From IMG/VR virus record IMGVR_UViG_3300027899_000001, positions 248,001 to 312,000 of that record: DNA of 64,000 bases; one strand, given 5' to 3'. The position numbers and the translations under genes are program-made. The stretch's first letter is position 1. Each line of letters starts with the position of its first letter. The notes under the pieces are model-generated. The model saw only the letters and a list, made by a program, of their open reading frames with translations. It did no database searches and was not told the DNA's origin. Shown here one piece after another: positions 9,935 to 18,891 of the stretch.

Positions 9935-10317
9935 TCTTTTTCTTTAATATTTTTATCTCTGTAAATTGATGCAAAAGTTCCAAGTTTTCCATCTATTTCT
10001 AAATAAGATACATACCATTTATTTAAATCGTGTTCAAATTTAGATACACTTCCATCATCATTTATTTTAATATAATAATTTTTAGTAATATACATATTCC
10101 AATTAACAGAAAGTATTTCTTCTCTAGTAACTTTATATGCATCTTTAAGAAAATATGATTTTAATCTTTCTTCAAAAATTACATCTTTAACAAATAACGG
10201 ATGTTCTACTGGTGTAATTGAAAATTCGCTAATAGTTATAACATATAGTCTATTTAATTTACGTATATCTGTGATTTTTATACCTGTGTGTGTCCAATCT
10301 AGATTGTCTTTTGTCAT
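9931..10317 (-). CDS. Hypothetical protein
   Basis: 128 aa ORF with an ATGA overlap to the HNH gene. Confidence 0.6.
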   Translation of the reverse strand: MTKDNLDWTHTGIKITDIRKLNRLYVITISEFSITPVEHPLFVKDVIFEERLKSYFLKDAYKVTREEILSVNWNMYITKNYYIKINDDGSVSKFEHDLNKWYVSYLEIDGKLGTFASIYRDKNIKEKE

Positions 10318-10321
10318 AATA

Positions 10322-10984
10322 TTATTGTTTTGGCGTATCTTTAATTTTATTAAGTTCTTTATCTAAATCATCTTCTGATAAAGAAAAATTATCCATTGAA
10401 GTATTACTACTAAAACCTCTTGAATTTGATGAATAATATGCAGCTGCTTTGAACATTTTTCCAGTATCTTTTACTGTATAATTTACATTATTAGATACAC
10501 CCATTCCTCCACCTGCCGCCCAAGCATCTTGATCAGCTCCCATAAATACAACATCCCATTTGTATACATCTTGTTGATGTTTCATTTTTCTTTTAACATC
10601 TTCGATTTTATATTCACGAGATGAATTTTCTTCACCATCAGTCATAATAACCATTATAACTTTTTCTGGTTTTTCTTCTTCGGGAGTAGCATCAAGTCTT
10701 TTTCCAACTGCATCAATTGTTTTTCCAACTGCGTCAAGAAGAGCAGTCATACCGCTTGGAGAATAAGTTTTTGAATTTAAAGGAGGTGTTTTTTGAATAT
10801 CAAGACCGTTATGAACTATATCATATTTAGTATCAAATTTAACAAGTGTGAGCTTTGCTTCACCTGGCATTTTTTGATGTGTTTCAAGAAAAGTATTAAA
10901 TCCTCCAATAGTATCGTTTCTAACTGATCCCATTGAACCTGATTCATCAATAACAACAATAAGTTCGCATAAATCTTTTTTCAT
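10322..10984 (-). CDS. von Willebrand factor A domain protein
   Basis: MIDAS 'DESGSM', 'GMTALLDA', 'IMTDGEEN'. Confidence 0.85.
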   Translation of the reverse strand: MKKDLCELIVVIDESGSMGSVRNDTIGGFNTFLETHQKMPGEAKLTLVKFDTKYDIVHNGLDIQKTPPLNSKTYSPSGMTALLDAVGKTIDAVGKRLDATPEEEKPEKVIMVIMTDGEENSSREYKIEDVKRKMKHQQDVYKWDVVFMGADQDAWAAGGGMGVSNNVNYTVKDTGKMFKAAAYYSSNSRGFSSNTSMDNFSLSEDDLDKELNKIKDTPKQ

Positions 10985-11010
10985 ATTCTTTTTTATTTTA
11001 TATTAGTAAT

Positions 11011-11676
11011 TTATTTATCAGTTTTAAATTTGCAATTTATAAAATGATATCTTATCATATTTGGGCCTCTACCTATTAAATTACAATATGGGCATATTAG
11101 TGTTTTAAAATTTTTAGGTTTTCCTTTTCTTTTTAAAGACATTTCATCTTTAATTTTTTTAGCTCGTTCTATTCCAAATATTTCTTCATATGTTTTACCA
11201 GTATTTTCTTTTGCACGTTTAACAATTCCATACGATTGATAATTTTTACCATACATTCCATTTTTTTCTCCTTTTATATCATTAGAATGCTTAATTTTTC
11301 TTTCTTCGGTATAATTAGATTTTAATGTTTCAGACATTTTAATTAACGTTTCATTTGAATGTTTTTTTCCAAACATGCCATTATCTTCTCCAAAAAACGC
11401 ACCGCCTACTGCATCATTTTTTAAATTATAATATAATGGATTATTTTTGGCATCTACTTCTTTTAATGTTTTATCTTCTATTTCTCTAAATTTATTTCCT
11501 ATATAAAGTATTTTTCTTTCAAAATTATCAACTCCGTATTTTTTAATAGCATTTATAAACACAGTTCCTGATCCTATATAATTATCTTGAACATCTCCAA
11601 GATGTGATCCTATATATTTTTTTCCATTTATATTATTTGTCCATTCGTAGACAAACCCACAATCATCATTAATCAT
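11011..11676 (-). mobile_element. Free-standing GIY-YIG (Seg-like) homing endonuclease
   Basis: 'GFVYEWTNNINGKKYIGSH...YIGSG...' plus NUMOD3 'GMFGKKHS' repeats. Confidence 0.8.
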
Positions 11677-11682
11677 TAGCTA

Positions 11683-12384
11683 TTATACATTATATTTTAA
11701 AAAATCTTTTCGAGTTATACAGGCATTACCAGTTTCTATATAATGTTCAAGTAAATAAAATTGTTTTTCATATAAATGTAAACTTCCACTATTCCATATA
11801 ATTGCTCTTTTATTTATATGTAAATCATCACCCAATTTGTCTAAGATATATTTATGCCATGCGTAATCATTTCTATAGCCTGCCCATGCATCATTAGATC
11901 TCATTAACACATAAGAATATAAAATATTATTTCTAATCAAAAATTGAACAGCATAAGTACACATAAAATCATTTTTATTATTTTTATTATAATCTTCCCA
12001 CATAGTAGGACGATTATAAATCATTACACCTCGTCTTGAACTTTTTTGTTGTGTTAATTCTGTTAAACAATTTTTATATTGATAACCATTTTCTTTTGAA
12101 AAAACACACCAACCATAATTAGAATTTATAAATCCGCTTGGGTCTGCGACGTTTTTCCATATTGTAGGCGTATTTTTTATATCATTAACATTCAAAGATT
12201 GAGATAAATACCAATCAAGTTCATTTTTTACATATTCTTCATTAGTTTTTCCAAATATATATGATTCATCTGCTATAAATTGTGCACATATAAGATCAAT
12301 AACTTTTCCACCAAATTTATCAGTTTCAAATTTTTGTTCTTTATATTTTTTAACGAATTGATTTCTGATATCTTTTACTTTCAT
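11683..12384 (-). CDS. gp42: dCMP hydroxymethylase (T4 gp42-like, thymidylate synthase fold)
   Basis: 'INSNYGW', catalytic 'DFMCT', 'MRSND...GYRNDYAW', 'IIWNSGSLHLY' closely parallel T4 gp42 as recalled, including the dCMP-specifying Asp in RND. Confidence 0.85.
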   Translation of the reverse strand: MKVKDIRNQFVKKYKEQKFETDKFGGKVIDLICAQFIADESYIFGKTNEEYVKNELDWYLSQSLNVNDIKNTPTIWKNVADPSGFINSNYGWCVFSKENGYQYKNCLTELTQQKSSRRGVMIYNRPTMWEDYNKNNKNDFMCTYAVQFLIRNNILYSYVLMRSNDAWAGYRNDYAWHKYILDKLGDDLHINKRAIIWNSGSLHLYEKQFYLLEHYIETGNACITRKDFLKYNV

Positions 12385-12393
12385 AGTTTTTAT

Positions 12394-12603
12394 TTATTTT
12401 TTATATCTTTTATCTTTTAATAGTTTCACTGCATATGAAGATAGTTTTTCTAATTGAGATAAATTCATCTCATAGATAAACTCTTGAAGCATTTCAATTT
12501 CAAGAGACATTAAATATTCATTATCTTCTTTATCCTTTGGTTTCATTTTCTTTGTATATTTCCCAATCAAATCCAGAAAGATATTCTTCATATGTTTCTT
12601 CAT
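12394..12603 (-). CDS. Hypothetical protein (true start possibly downstream)
   Basis: ORF track; overlaps the neighbouring Zn-ribbon ORF. Confidence 0.4.
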   Translation of the reverse strand: MKKHMKNIFLDLIGKYTKKMKPKDKEDNEYLMSLEIEMLQEFIYEMNLSQLEKLSSYAVKLLKDKRYKK

Positions 12604-12730
12604 CTAAAACATAATCCCAATAATAATATGCATTTTTGCAATTCGGGCAATCTCCTGAATCGTAATCTTCAACTTCAAATATATAATTACAAATGGGACA
12701 AGTTAATTCATTCATTTTTTTATTCATCAT
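12530..12730 (-). CDS. Small Zn-ribbon protein
   Basis: CPIC...CPNC. Confidence 0.6.
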   Translation of the reverse strand: MMNKKMNELTCPICNYIFEVEDYDSGDCPNCKNAYYYWDYVLDEETYEEYLSGFDWEIYKENETKG

Positions 12731-13010
12731 GATAAACTATCCATGCAATATCATCACTATCAATTTTAAATGATCCGTCATCTTTTTCTCCATCAACTTC
12801 TGGAACTTCAGGAAGTTCTATTGGATAATCAAAACTAACTTTAGGATGAAAAGATCCATCTCCATCAGCATAAAATGCACAAAATCTTGAAGCTCCTGCA
12901 TTTCCAAGGCGTTCCATATATTTAAACATTTTCTTTAATGCTATTGCATCAGCAGGTCTAATATTATCAATAGTGATAACTAACTTATGTTCTTTTCTTT
13001 CTAGTGCCAT
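12720..13010 (-). CDS. Hypothetical protein
   Basis: 96 aa ORF in a tightly packed operon. Confidence 0.6.
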   Translation of the reverse strand: MALERKEHKLVITIDNIRPADAIALKKMFKYMERLGNAGASRFCAFYADGDGSFHPKVSFDYPIELPEVPEVDGEKDDGSFKIDSDDIAWIVYHDE

Positions 13011-13013
13011 ATT

Positions 13014-13268
13014 TTATTTGTGTAAATATTTTTTAACATTCATTTCATGAGCTACATTTCTTTCTACATCATAATCACTATGAATTACAATTGTATATGT
13101 TAACGCCCATATAAACCAATATAAAGTATAAGTTCTTGTAAGCCACCATCCTTGAACATTTTTCATGTAATCAAATTTTGGAAGCCATTTATTCCACTCA
13201 AAAGTGGGATAATCTTTAAATCCTATTGGCGCATACCAATATCTATAAAATTTCAACTTTCTTCTCAT
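13014..13268 (-). CDS. Hypothetical Trp/Tyr-rich protein
   Basis: 84 aa ORF. Confidence 0.5.
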   Translation of the reverse strand: MRRKLKFYRYWYAPIGFKDYPTFEWNKWLPKFDYMKNVQGWWLTRTYTLYWFIWALTYTIVIHSDYDVERNVAHEMNVKKYLHK

Positions 13269-13569
13269 TTTCTAAAGTATTATTTGTTTCATCTTGTTTT
13301 ACAGATGGCGAGCAATTAAGATACTCAAAAGCAAACATTTTACGAGTAAATTTTTTACTCCATCCAAAGTGTTTTGCTAATAAATTTACAGCCCATTCAT
13401 ACCATTCATCATGTTGAGCTTGAGTTACTTCATATTTTTTATAAAATGCTCGAAAATCTTTTTCACCCACCCATTCTTTTTCTACTTGAGCTATTGTTGT
13501 GTTATGATAAGGAACTAACCAACCATCTATTAAATCATCAAGAGTTGGCTCCTTTTTTCTTGTTCTCAT
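13243..13569 (-). CDS. Hypothetical protein
   Basis: 108 aa ORF with an ATGA overlap to the kinase. Confidence 0.55.
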   Translation of the reverse strand: MRTRKKEPTLDDLIDGWLVPYHNTTIAQVEKEWVGEKDFRAFYKKYEVTQAQHDEWYEWAVNLLAKHFGWSKKFTRKMFAFEYLNCSPSVKQDETNNTLENEKKVEIL

Positions 13570-14180
13570 TTTACAAATTGTATTACTTCTTTTAATATTT
13601 GTTTTTTAGATCTAAACGCAGTTTCTTCCATAACAACTACTTCATCTACTTTTAACATAAGTTTATTTTTTATTTTTGAAAAATCATGTGCTTCTTTAAA
13701 CAATTCAAGTTCTTTAGTTTTTTGTTCTAAATTTTGTGAAAAAGAATCGCCATCTTCTTTAAGTAAAAAGAAATAAGGATCTGCTGTTAAAGTAATAAGA
13801 TATATGTCAAATTTATTGTCAACATAAGGTAATTCAGTAATTTCCCAGTTCATTAATTTATTTTTCAAAAAATTACCATCTACGTTTCTAAACATTTGAC
13901 CATATACATATTCTCCTAAGTGTGATCTATTCCATATAATTATGTCTTCATAATAATTATATCTAGAATAGCAAAAAACATTTTTAATTTTATGAACTAA
14001 TTGAATTTCATTATCAAAACATTTAAATTGATAATCTAAAGTTTCTTCAACAGTCATGCCTTTAGGAGGTTTTCCAAAATGTCTTATTGTAATATTATTA
14101 TAATCAAACTTTTTACAAATACCTTCAATAAGAGTAGATTTACCAAGTCTATCTCCCCCCTCGATCACAATGAGTTTCAT
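13566..14180 (-). CDS. Deoxynucleoside monophosphate kinase (thymidylate-kinase-like P-loop)
   Basis: 'IVIEGGDRLGKST' P-loop; 'WNRSHLGEYVYG' DR-type motif. Confidence 0.8.
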   Translation of the reverse strand: MKLIVIEGGDRLGKSTLIEGICKKFDYNNITIRHFGKPPKGMTVEETLDYQFKCFDNEIQLVHKIKNVFCYSRYNYYEDIIIWNRSHLGEYVYGQMFRNVDGNFLKNKLMNWEITELPYVDNKFDIYLITLTADPYFFLLKEDGDSFSQNLEQKTKELELFKEAHDFSKIKNKLMLKVDEVVVMEETAFRSKKQILKEVIQFVK

Positions 14181-15069
14181 ATTTAATAAATTTTTTATTA
14201 TATCTTTCTGTAAATATTAATTTTTTATCTTCTATTAAATTTTTTATTTCTTCAAAAGATACTTGTTTTACACATTCAGTTAATTTATATTTAAAATTTT
14301 GTTGTTTACAAAATACCTCAGCGGCTTCTTTTTTTCTTGCAACTGTATCGCTATTCCATAATTTTTTAGGCTTAATTTCTATTAAAAATTTATCTTCAAT
14401 TAAAAAATCTGGATAATACGTTCTTTTGTTTCCGTTATAGTCAATATATTCAATTTTATATTTCTTTTTTTCAGCTCCTTCCCATTTTAAATTAAATCTT
14501 TCAATAACATATATCATATATGATAATTCTTTTAGAGATCTAAAAAACCACCCTTTATACCAACCACTCCAACCATTACCTGAACCCTGAGGAGAAGGCT
14601 TACCATACATATTATTTTTATCGCCTTTACGAGATTCACTATAATGTTGTCGTAATCGTTTACCTGTTTCTTCACCCCAGATTTGTTCAATGGTTTTTCC
14701 ATTTTGATCTAATGAGGCCCATCCATGCGAATATTTACCACCAAAATTTGCATTATTTTTTCCACTATTTGCTGTAGAATTTTTTTCTTTAGCAATAATA
14801 GCACCATCAATTCCTAAAATTTCTTCTAATGTTTTATTTTTTAAACTTTTATTATATTGAATTAATTTATTAGAATTTCGAATGCCTTCTTTATATTGCT
14901 GTTTATTCTTACAGCTTCTGCATAAATCTTTATAATATTTCTGAAATCCTAGTTGTTGATTTAATAAAGAAGAATCCCATATATTATCACATTCATCACA
15001 TTGAATTATTATTCGTTGTTTATTAGTTATTGTAGAATTTTTTAATTTAATTACTTCACTTAAAATCAT
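14149..15069 (-). mobile_element. Homing-endonuclease-like protein (Zn finger + NUMOD3-like repeats + TnsA-like PD-(D/E)xK nuclease)
   Basis: CDEC/CRSC; 'NNMYGK'; 'YYPDFLIEDKFLIEIKP'. Confidence 0.7.
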
Positions 15070-15094
15070 GTTTTATTCTATATATTCATAATTT

Positions 15095-15136
15095 TTATTC
15101 AACTCTATCTCCATCTTCAATAATTATTAATTTCAT
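15095..15136 (-). pseudogene. Stranded 5' remnant of the dNMP kinase gene (MKLIIIEDGDRVE*)
   Basis: Hand-translated; aligns with the kinase start MKLIVIEGGDRLG; ATGA-coupled to the upstream small ORF. Confidence 0.75.
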
Positions 15137-15276
15137 TTTTTCTCTTTAAGTAATTTTTCTAATTCTTTTTGTTGAGAATAATTAAGTGTATGTTTAGACT
15201 TTAAGTATAATAACCATGAAAATCTATCTTTTAATCCAGTGTCTCTTGCAAAAGATGCAGATTTAAGTATAGCCAT
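15133..15276 (-). CDS. Small hypothetical protein (47 aa)
   Basis: Hand-translated MAILKSASFARDTGLKDRFSW...KEKK*; its stop overlaps the remnant ATG. Confidence 0.45.
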   Translation of the reverse strand: MAILKSASFARDTGLKDRFSWLLYLKSKHTLNYSQQKELEKLLKEKK

Positions 15277-15397
15277 TATAATGAATTTTTAAGTATTTCA
15301 ATTAATTCATTTTTATCAATATATGTTCTTATATCTTGGGTATTCCAATATGCTTGTCCCTTATCTATTAATTCAGTACGCATTCCATTTATTAGAT

Positions 15398-15811
15398 TTA
15401 TAACTTCATCAAGTGTAAAAGTTTTTCACTTGATATAGTTAACGGTTCATTAACTGTTTCTTCTGAATTTATTGTAGGCGGGTGAGTCATATATATTCCA
15501 TATTTATCAACTAATTTAAGAAAAGCATCTTCAATACAGTTTGAATCTAATGTTCCATTTTTTAAATTAACTAAAGTAGAATATGTACTACTATCTAAAT
15601 TAGTATATCCTTGTTGACTAAATGACGCATGAGTTCCTGGCATTCCAGGAGGACCTTGAATTCCTGTCATTCCCGGTTGACCCACAGGTCCTACACTTCC
15701 TGAAATTCCTTCAGTTAATAAACTTGCTCTTACGTAATTTTTCATCCATTGTTCTTTTTTATCATCAATTGCATTAGTTTTTAATCTCGGTTCAATACTT
15801 GTATATCCCAT
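15398..15811 (-). CDS. Hypothetical protein with a short collagen-like (G-X-Y)n tract
   Basis: GISGSVGPVGQPGMTGIQGPPGMPG. Confidence 0.6.
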   Translation of the reverse strand: MGYTSIEPRLKTNAIDDKKEQWMKNYVRASLLTEGISGSVGPVGQPGMTGIQGPPGMPGTHASFSQQGYTNLDSSTYSTLVNLKNGTLDSNCIEDAFLKLVDKYGIYMTHPPTINSEETVNEPLTISSEKLLHLMKL

Positions 15812-17022
15812 TAGAATAAAGATTTTGATTTATTATTTAATTCTTTTGTATTATCCTGCATATAAACAGATTGAGTAGATAATGTACGATTACCTTTTAT
15901 TATTTCAACTATTTCTCGAGTTACATCCTCACATGTGCAAACTGGAACATTTTGAGTTATTTTAGGATATTCCTTTATACTTTCAAGTTCATAATCATGA
16001 GGTAATCCCATCAGGTGCATATATTCTCTTATATTAATAAGTCTATCCTCTGAAGGATGAAGTGTTCTATTCATCATCTCAGATATCACCGCGTACACAT
16101 AATCTCTATCTAATCCAAGAACACGATATCCAAGTCTAAAATTTTTACCCATCTCAGTCTTTTTAATAACATGAGCAGTATTCTTTTTAACTATATTAGA
16201 CGCGTTCGGTAAAGTTTCAAGAAAATCTTTAAAATCATATAATAATCCCTGTCGTTTAAGATAATCGTATGAAGTTAAATGAGTTTTATATGTTTTATAA
16301 ATTTCATTTTTCCAATCAGTTCCATATATTTTTTTAAAGAATTTTGTTATTTCATATTCATTTACATCTGAATCTTCATTCATATATTTATCTTGATAAC
16401 TTGCTCTTTTAGGTATATCTTTTAAATATTTAGAAATATTTGGCATCGGTCTATTATATGAATGTAATATAGGAGCGTATTTACCTTTTAGAAATATTGC
16501 AAATGTACGAGGACGAAATTGGGGAATTCCGTGCTTTATCGTATTTGTTTTATAAAATGTAACTGCATAATCATTTGCTTCAGCAATTTTAATAAGATTA
16601 TTTCTTACATCTTCTCCACTGCCTGTATAAAGGCCCGGAGCATTTTCAAATGCATAAATAGTTGGACTTAAAAAATCTAAGATAAAGACTGCTGATTTAT
16701 ACATCCATTCATTTGGTTCTGCAGTTCCTCTTGAACCCTTAGGACGTTGTGCAGCTTGAGATAATCCAGAACAAGGTGGAACTGCTGTGACAAAATCAAG
16801 ATTTTTAGAAAATTCTTGTAGTTTATGAACTTCGTTATCATTCATATTATCTAATTGAATATAAGGCACATCGTGTCCTTTTTTCAAAAGATATCTTCTC
16901 AATAAATCGTCATTAGCTTTAAAAGGAGTATAGGATGTAATTGCCAGAGGAGGGCTTCCTATTATATTCATATTTCCAAGAGCAAAACCTCCAGCAAGAG
17001 GTATATGTGCTATGTAACGCAT
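15811..17022 (-). CDS. DNA cytosine-C5 methyltransferase homolog with a divergent motif I
   Basis: Motif IV 'PPCSGLS', VI 'ENAPG', VIII 'GIPQFRPRTF', IX 'RLINIREYMHLMGLP', X 'QNVP'. Motif I reads 'IPLAGG' instead of FxGxGG. Confidence 0.75.
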   Translation of the reverse strand: MRYIAHIPLAGGFALGNMNIIGSPPLAITSYTPFKANDDLLRRYLLKKGHDVPYIQLDNMNDNEVHKLQEFSKNLDFVTAVPPCSGLSQAAQRPKGSRGTAEPNEWMYKSAVFILDFLSPTIYAFENAPGLYTGSGEDVRNNLIKIAEANDYAVTFYKTNTIKHGIPQFRPRTFAIFLKGKYAPILHSYNRPMPNISKYLKDIPKRASYQDKYMNEDSDVNEYEITKFFKKIYGTDWKNEIYKTYKTHLTSYDYLKRQGLLYDFKDFLETLPNASNIVKKNTAHVIKKTEMGKNFRLGYRVLGLDRDYVYAVISEMMNRTLHPSEDRLINIREYMHLMGLPHDYELESIKEYPKITQNVPVCTCEDVTREIVEIIKGNRTLSTQSVYMQDNTKELNNKSKSLF

Positions 17023-17084
17023 GTTAAAATATTTAATATAGTTTAATTATTATACCTTTAAAGAGATTAAAAGTTTTAATTTAT

Positions 17085-17116
17085 TAAAAAAAGAGACGCC
17101 CCTCGTAAGGAGCGTC
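17085..17116 (-). terminator. Rho-independent terminator with a UACG tetraloop
   Basis: Minus strand GACGCTCCT-TACG-AGGGGCGTC followed by TCTTTTTTT. Confidence 0.75.
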
Positions 17117-17146
17117 AGGCCAAAGATTCTATCTTTGGGGATGCAA

Positions 17147-17557
17147 CTATTTTTTACTTTTTACAAATATTAAAGAATCTATTTCTTTATGTTGTTCTTT
17201 AAGAACTTCTTCAGTTTTTTCTAATTGTTTATAGTTTATTGCTCTTTGAGTTTTTCTTAATGTATCAATTTCCACGGGTTCAATTTTCTTTTGAGTTGTT
17301 ATTTTTTTAGCTTCTTGTTGTACATCTTCTGTATCTAAAGATTTATCTTCATATGTAGTTTCATCGGGTGTTGTTATTACTAACATAGTAATAGTATCTT
17401 CTGAAATATTTAATACTGGCATAGTAGAATCAACACTATATTCATCTATACTATACATTTCTTTAGGCGGATTTGATCTTGACATACAAGCTCCACATGA
17501 TACAAAAATCATGTATAATAAAAATAATAATCCTATTGTAATTAGTTTTCTTTTCAT
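17147..17557 (-). CDS. Putative lipoprotein / membrane-anchored protein
   Basis: Basic N-terminus, hydrophobic stretch, 'FVSC' lipobox-like Cys. Confidence 0.45.
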   Translation of the reverse strand: MKRKLITIGLLFLLYMIFVSCGACMSRSNPPKEMYSIDEYSVDSTMPVLNISEDTITMLVITTPDETTYEDKSLDTEDVQQEAKKITTQKKIEPVEIDTLRKTQRAINYKQLEKTEEVLKEQHKEIDSLIFVKSKK

Positions 17558-17829
17558 TTCATTTGCATATATTGTATAATCTTGCCATTCAATAATTGTT
17601 GTTCAGTTAAAACACTATTAACCTTTTCAAGTTGATCGGTATTTTCATTAACTGCTTTTGTTAAAGTTTCTACTTGAACTTGTAACTTAGTATTTTTAAC
17701 AGTTTCAGAACGTATCCAACCTATAACTGATGCTAAAAATAAAACGATATATACTACATCTTTAACATTTGATATAAGCTTGCTCCACGGGGAAAGTTTT
17801 TTTTCTATTTTTTCCGGATTTATTGGCAT
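17554..17829 (-). CDS. Single-TM coiled-coil membrane protein (spanin/holin-like)
   Basis: TM 'VVYIVLFLASVIGW' followed by a heptad-rich tail; 4-nt overlap with the lipoprotein gene. Confidence 0.4.
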   Translation of the reverse strand: MPINPEKIEKKLSPWSKLISNVKDVVYIVLFLASVIGWIRSETVKNTKLQVQVETLTKAVNENTDQLEKVNSVLTEQQLLNGKIIQYMQMK

Positions 17830-17843
17830 TTCTAAAAATAATT

Positions 17844-18251
17844 TTAACCTCCTAAATTCATACCTCCTAAATCTGGGCCTTTTTCTGCTGCAGGTTCTGC
17901 TGGTACTGCAGCAGGTTCAGGCGATTTTTTCGCAGATTTAGGTTTTTCTGGTTCTTCTTTATCAATAAAATATTTTTTATATAAATTTATAGCAGCAGGC
18001 TCTTCAAAAATACCCTTTTTCATTCCTTCACTATAATATTTTTCATTCTCAGACAAATGTTGAAGAACAATTGTTTCAACTACTGATAAATCAGAAGAGT
18101 GTTCTTTTTCAACTTCCATTCCTACAAGAAATTCTCTTGAATCAACATCTTCAACAGTTAAACCGACTTTCTTTTGTCCTTTAAATATATCTTTATCGTT
18201 TGCTACTGATGATATAAATTCATTAAGACTTTCGTATACTAATTTTTTCAT
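17844..18251 (-). CDS. DUF5661-like protein with a capsid-targeting-like leader
   Basis: 'GMEVEKEH...I...HL.E...YY'; N-terminus MKKLVYESLNEF. Confidence 0.55.
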   Translation of the reverse strand: MKKLVYESLNEFISSVANDKDIFKGQKKVGLTVEDVDSREFLVGMEVEKEHSSDLSVVETIVLQHLSENEKYYSEGMKKGIFEEPAAINLYKKYFIDKEEPEKPKSAKKSPEPAAVPAEPAAEKGPDLGGMNLGG

Positions 18252-18263
18252 ATTATAGTTTAT

Positions 18264-18274
18264 TTTATATATTC
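18264..18274 (-). promoter_or_regulatory. Putative late promoter motif GAATATATAAA
   Basis: Exact 11-mer 13 nt upstream of the ATG at 18251. Confidence 0.5.
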
Positions 18275-18278
18275 ATAA

Positions 18279-18527
18279 TTAGGTTATAGATATAACTACT
18301 CCCCTGTCAGTAAATCTTCTTAATGCTTCAGTAACGTTTTCAATAGTAGCAGCGGGGTCATTCACTGTAATTGTTGCTTCGCTTTCTCTTGGATCTGGTC
18401 TATTACGTGGATCTGATCTATCAAATGGTTTATCAACTTGTGTAACATTTTGAAATTGTCTTTCTAGGGTGTGCGTAATTACATGAATCATTCCACGAGG
18501 GCCTTTAACTTCTACTTTAATTTCCAT
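18279..18527 (-). CDS. Hypothetical protein
   Basis: 82 aa ORF. Confidence 0.55.
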   Translation of the reverse strand: MEIKVEVKGPRGMIHVITHTLERQFQNVTQVDKPFDRSDPRNRPDPRESEATITVNDPAATIENVTEALRRFTDRGVVISIT

Positions 18528-18565
18528 AATTTTAATTTATTTTAGTTTATTTTAATATATATTCA

Positions 18566-18883
18566 TTAAATTTCATCTTCTGGTAAAATCTCTAAATCTT
18601 CTCCTTCAAGAAATGAATAAACATATTCATCTATAAATTGTTTTTGATATTCCGCAGGAGTATTATCAAGAATTGTATTTACAAGGTTATTTACGCCTTC
18701 TCTATTATAAAGTTCTTGTATTAAATAAGCAAATCCTTCATAATAAGTATCAACTTCTATATTATATCTTTTTAATTTTTCTGTAAGATATCTATTTCTA
18801 TTAAAACCTATTTTCATATCTTTAATAGGATCTGAATGTTCTTCAAATTTTTCATATAAAGATTCTTTAATAAGTTTTTTCAT
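18566..18883 (-). CDS. 'ESDPI-leader' family protein
   Basis: N-terminus MKKLIKESLYEKFEEHSDPIKDMKIG. Confidence 0.65.
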   Translation of the reverse strand: MKKLIKESLYEKFEEHSDPIKDMKIGFNRNRYLTEKLKRYNIEVDTYYEGFAYLIQELYNREGVNNLVNTILDNTPAEYQKQFIDEYVYSFLEGEDLEILPEDEI

Positions 18884-18891
18884 ATTAATAT

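Noticed and set aside
10985-11010. Stranded gp42 tail downstream of the GIY-YIG gene
   Set aside because: The spacer is a plain AT-rich leader with no translatable similarity.
11683-12384. Ordinary thymidylate synthase ThyA
   Set aside because: It has RND-YAW (Asp) and a gp42-like C-terminus instead of the ThyA Asn-containing signature.
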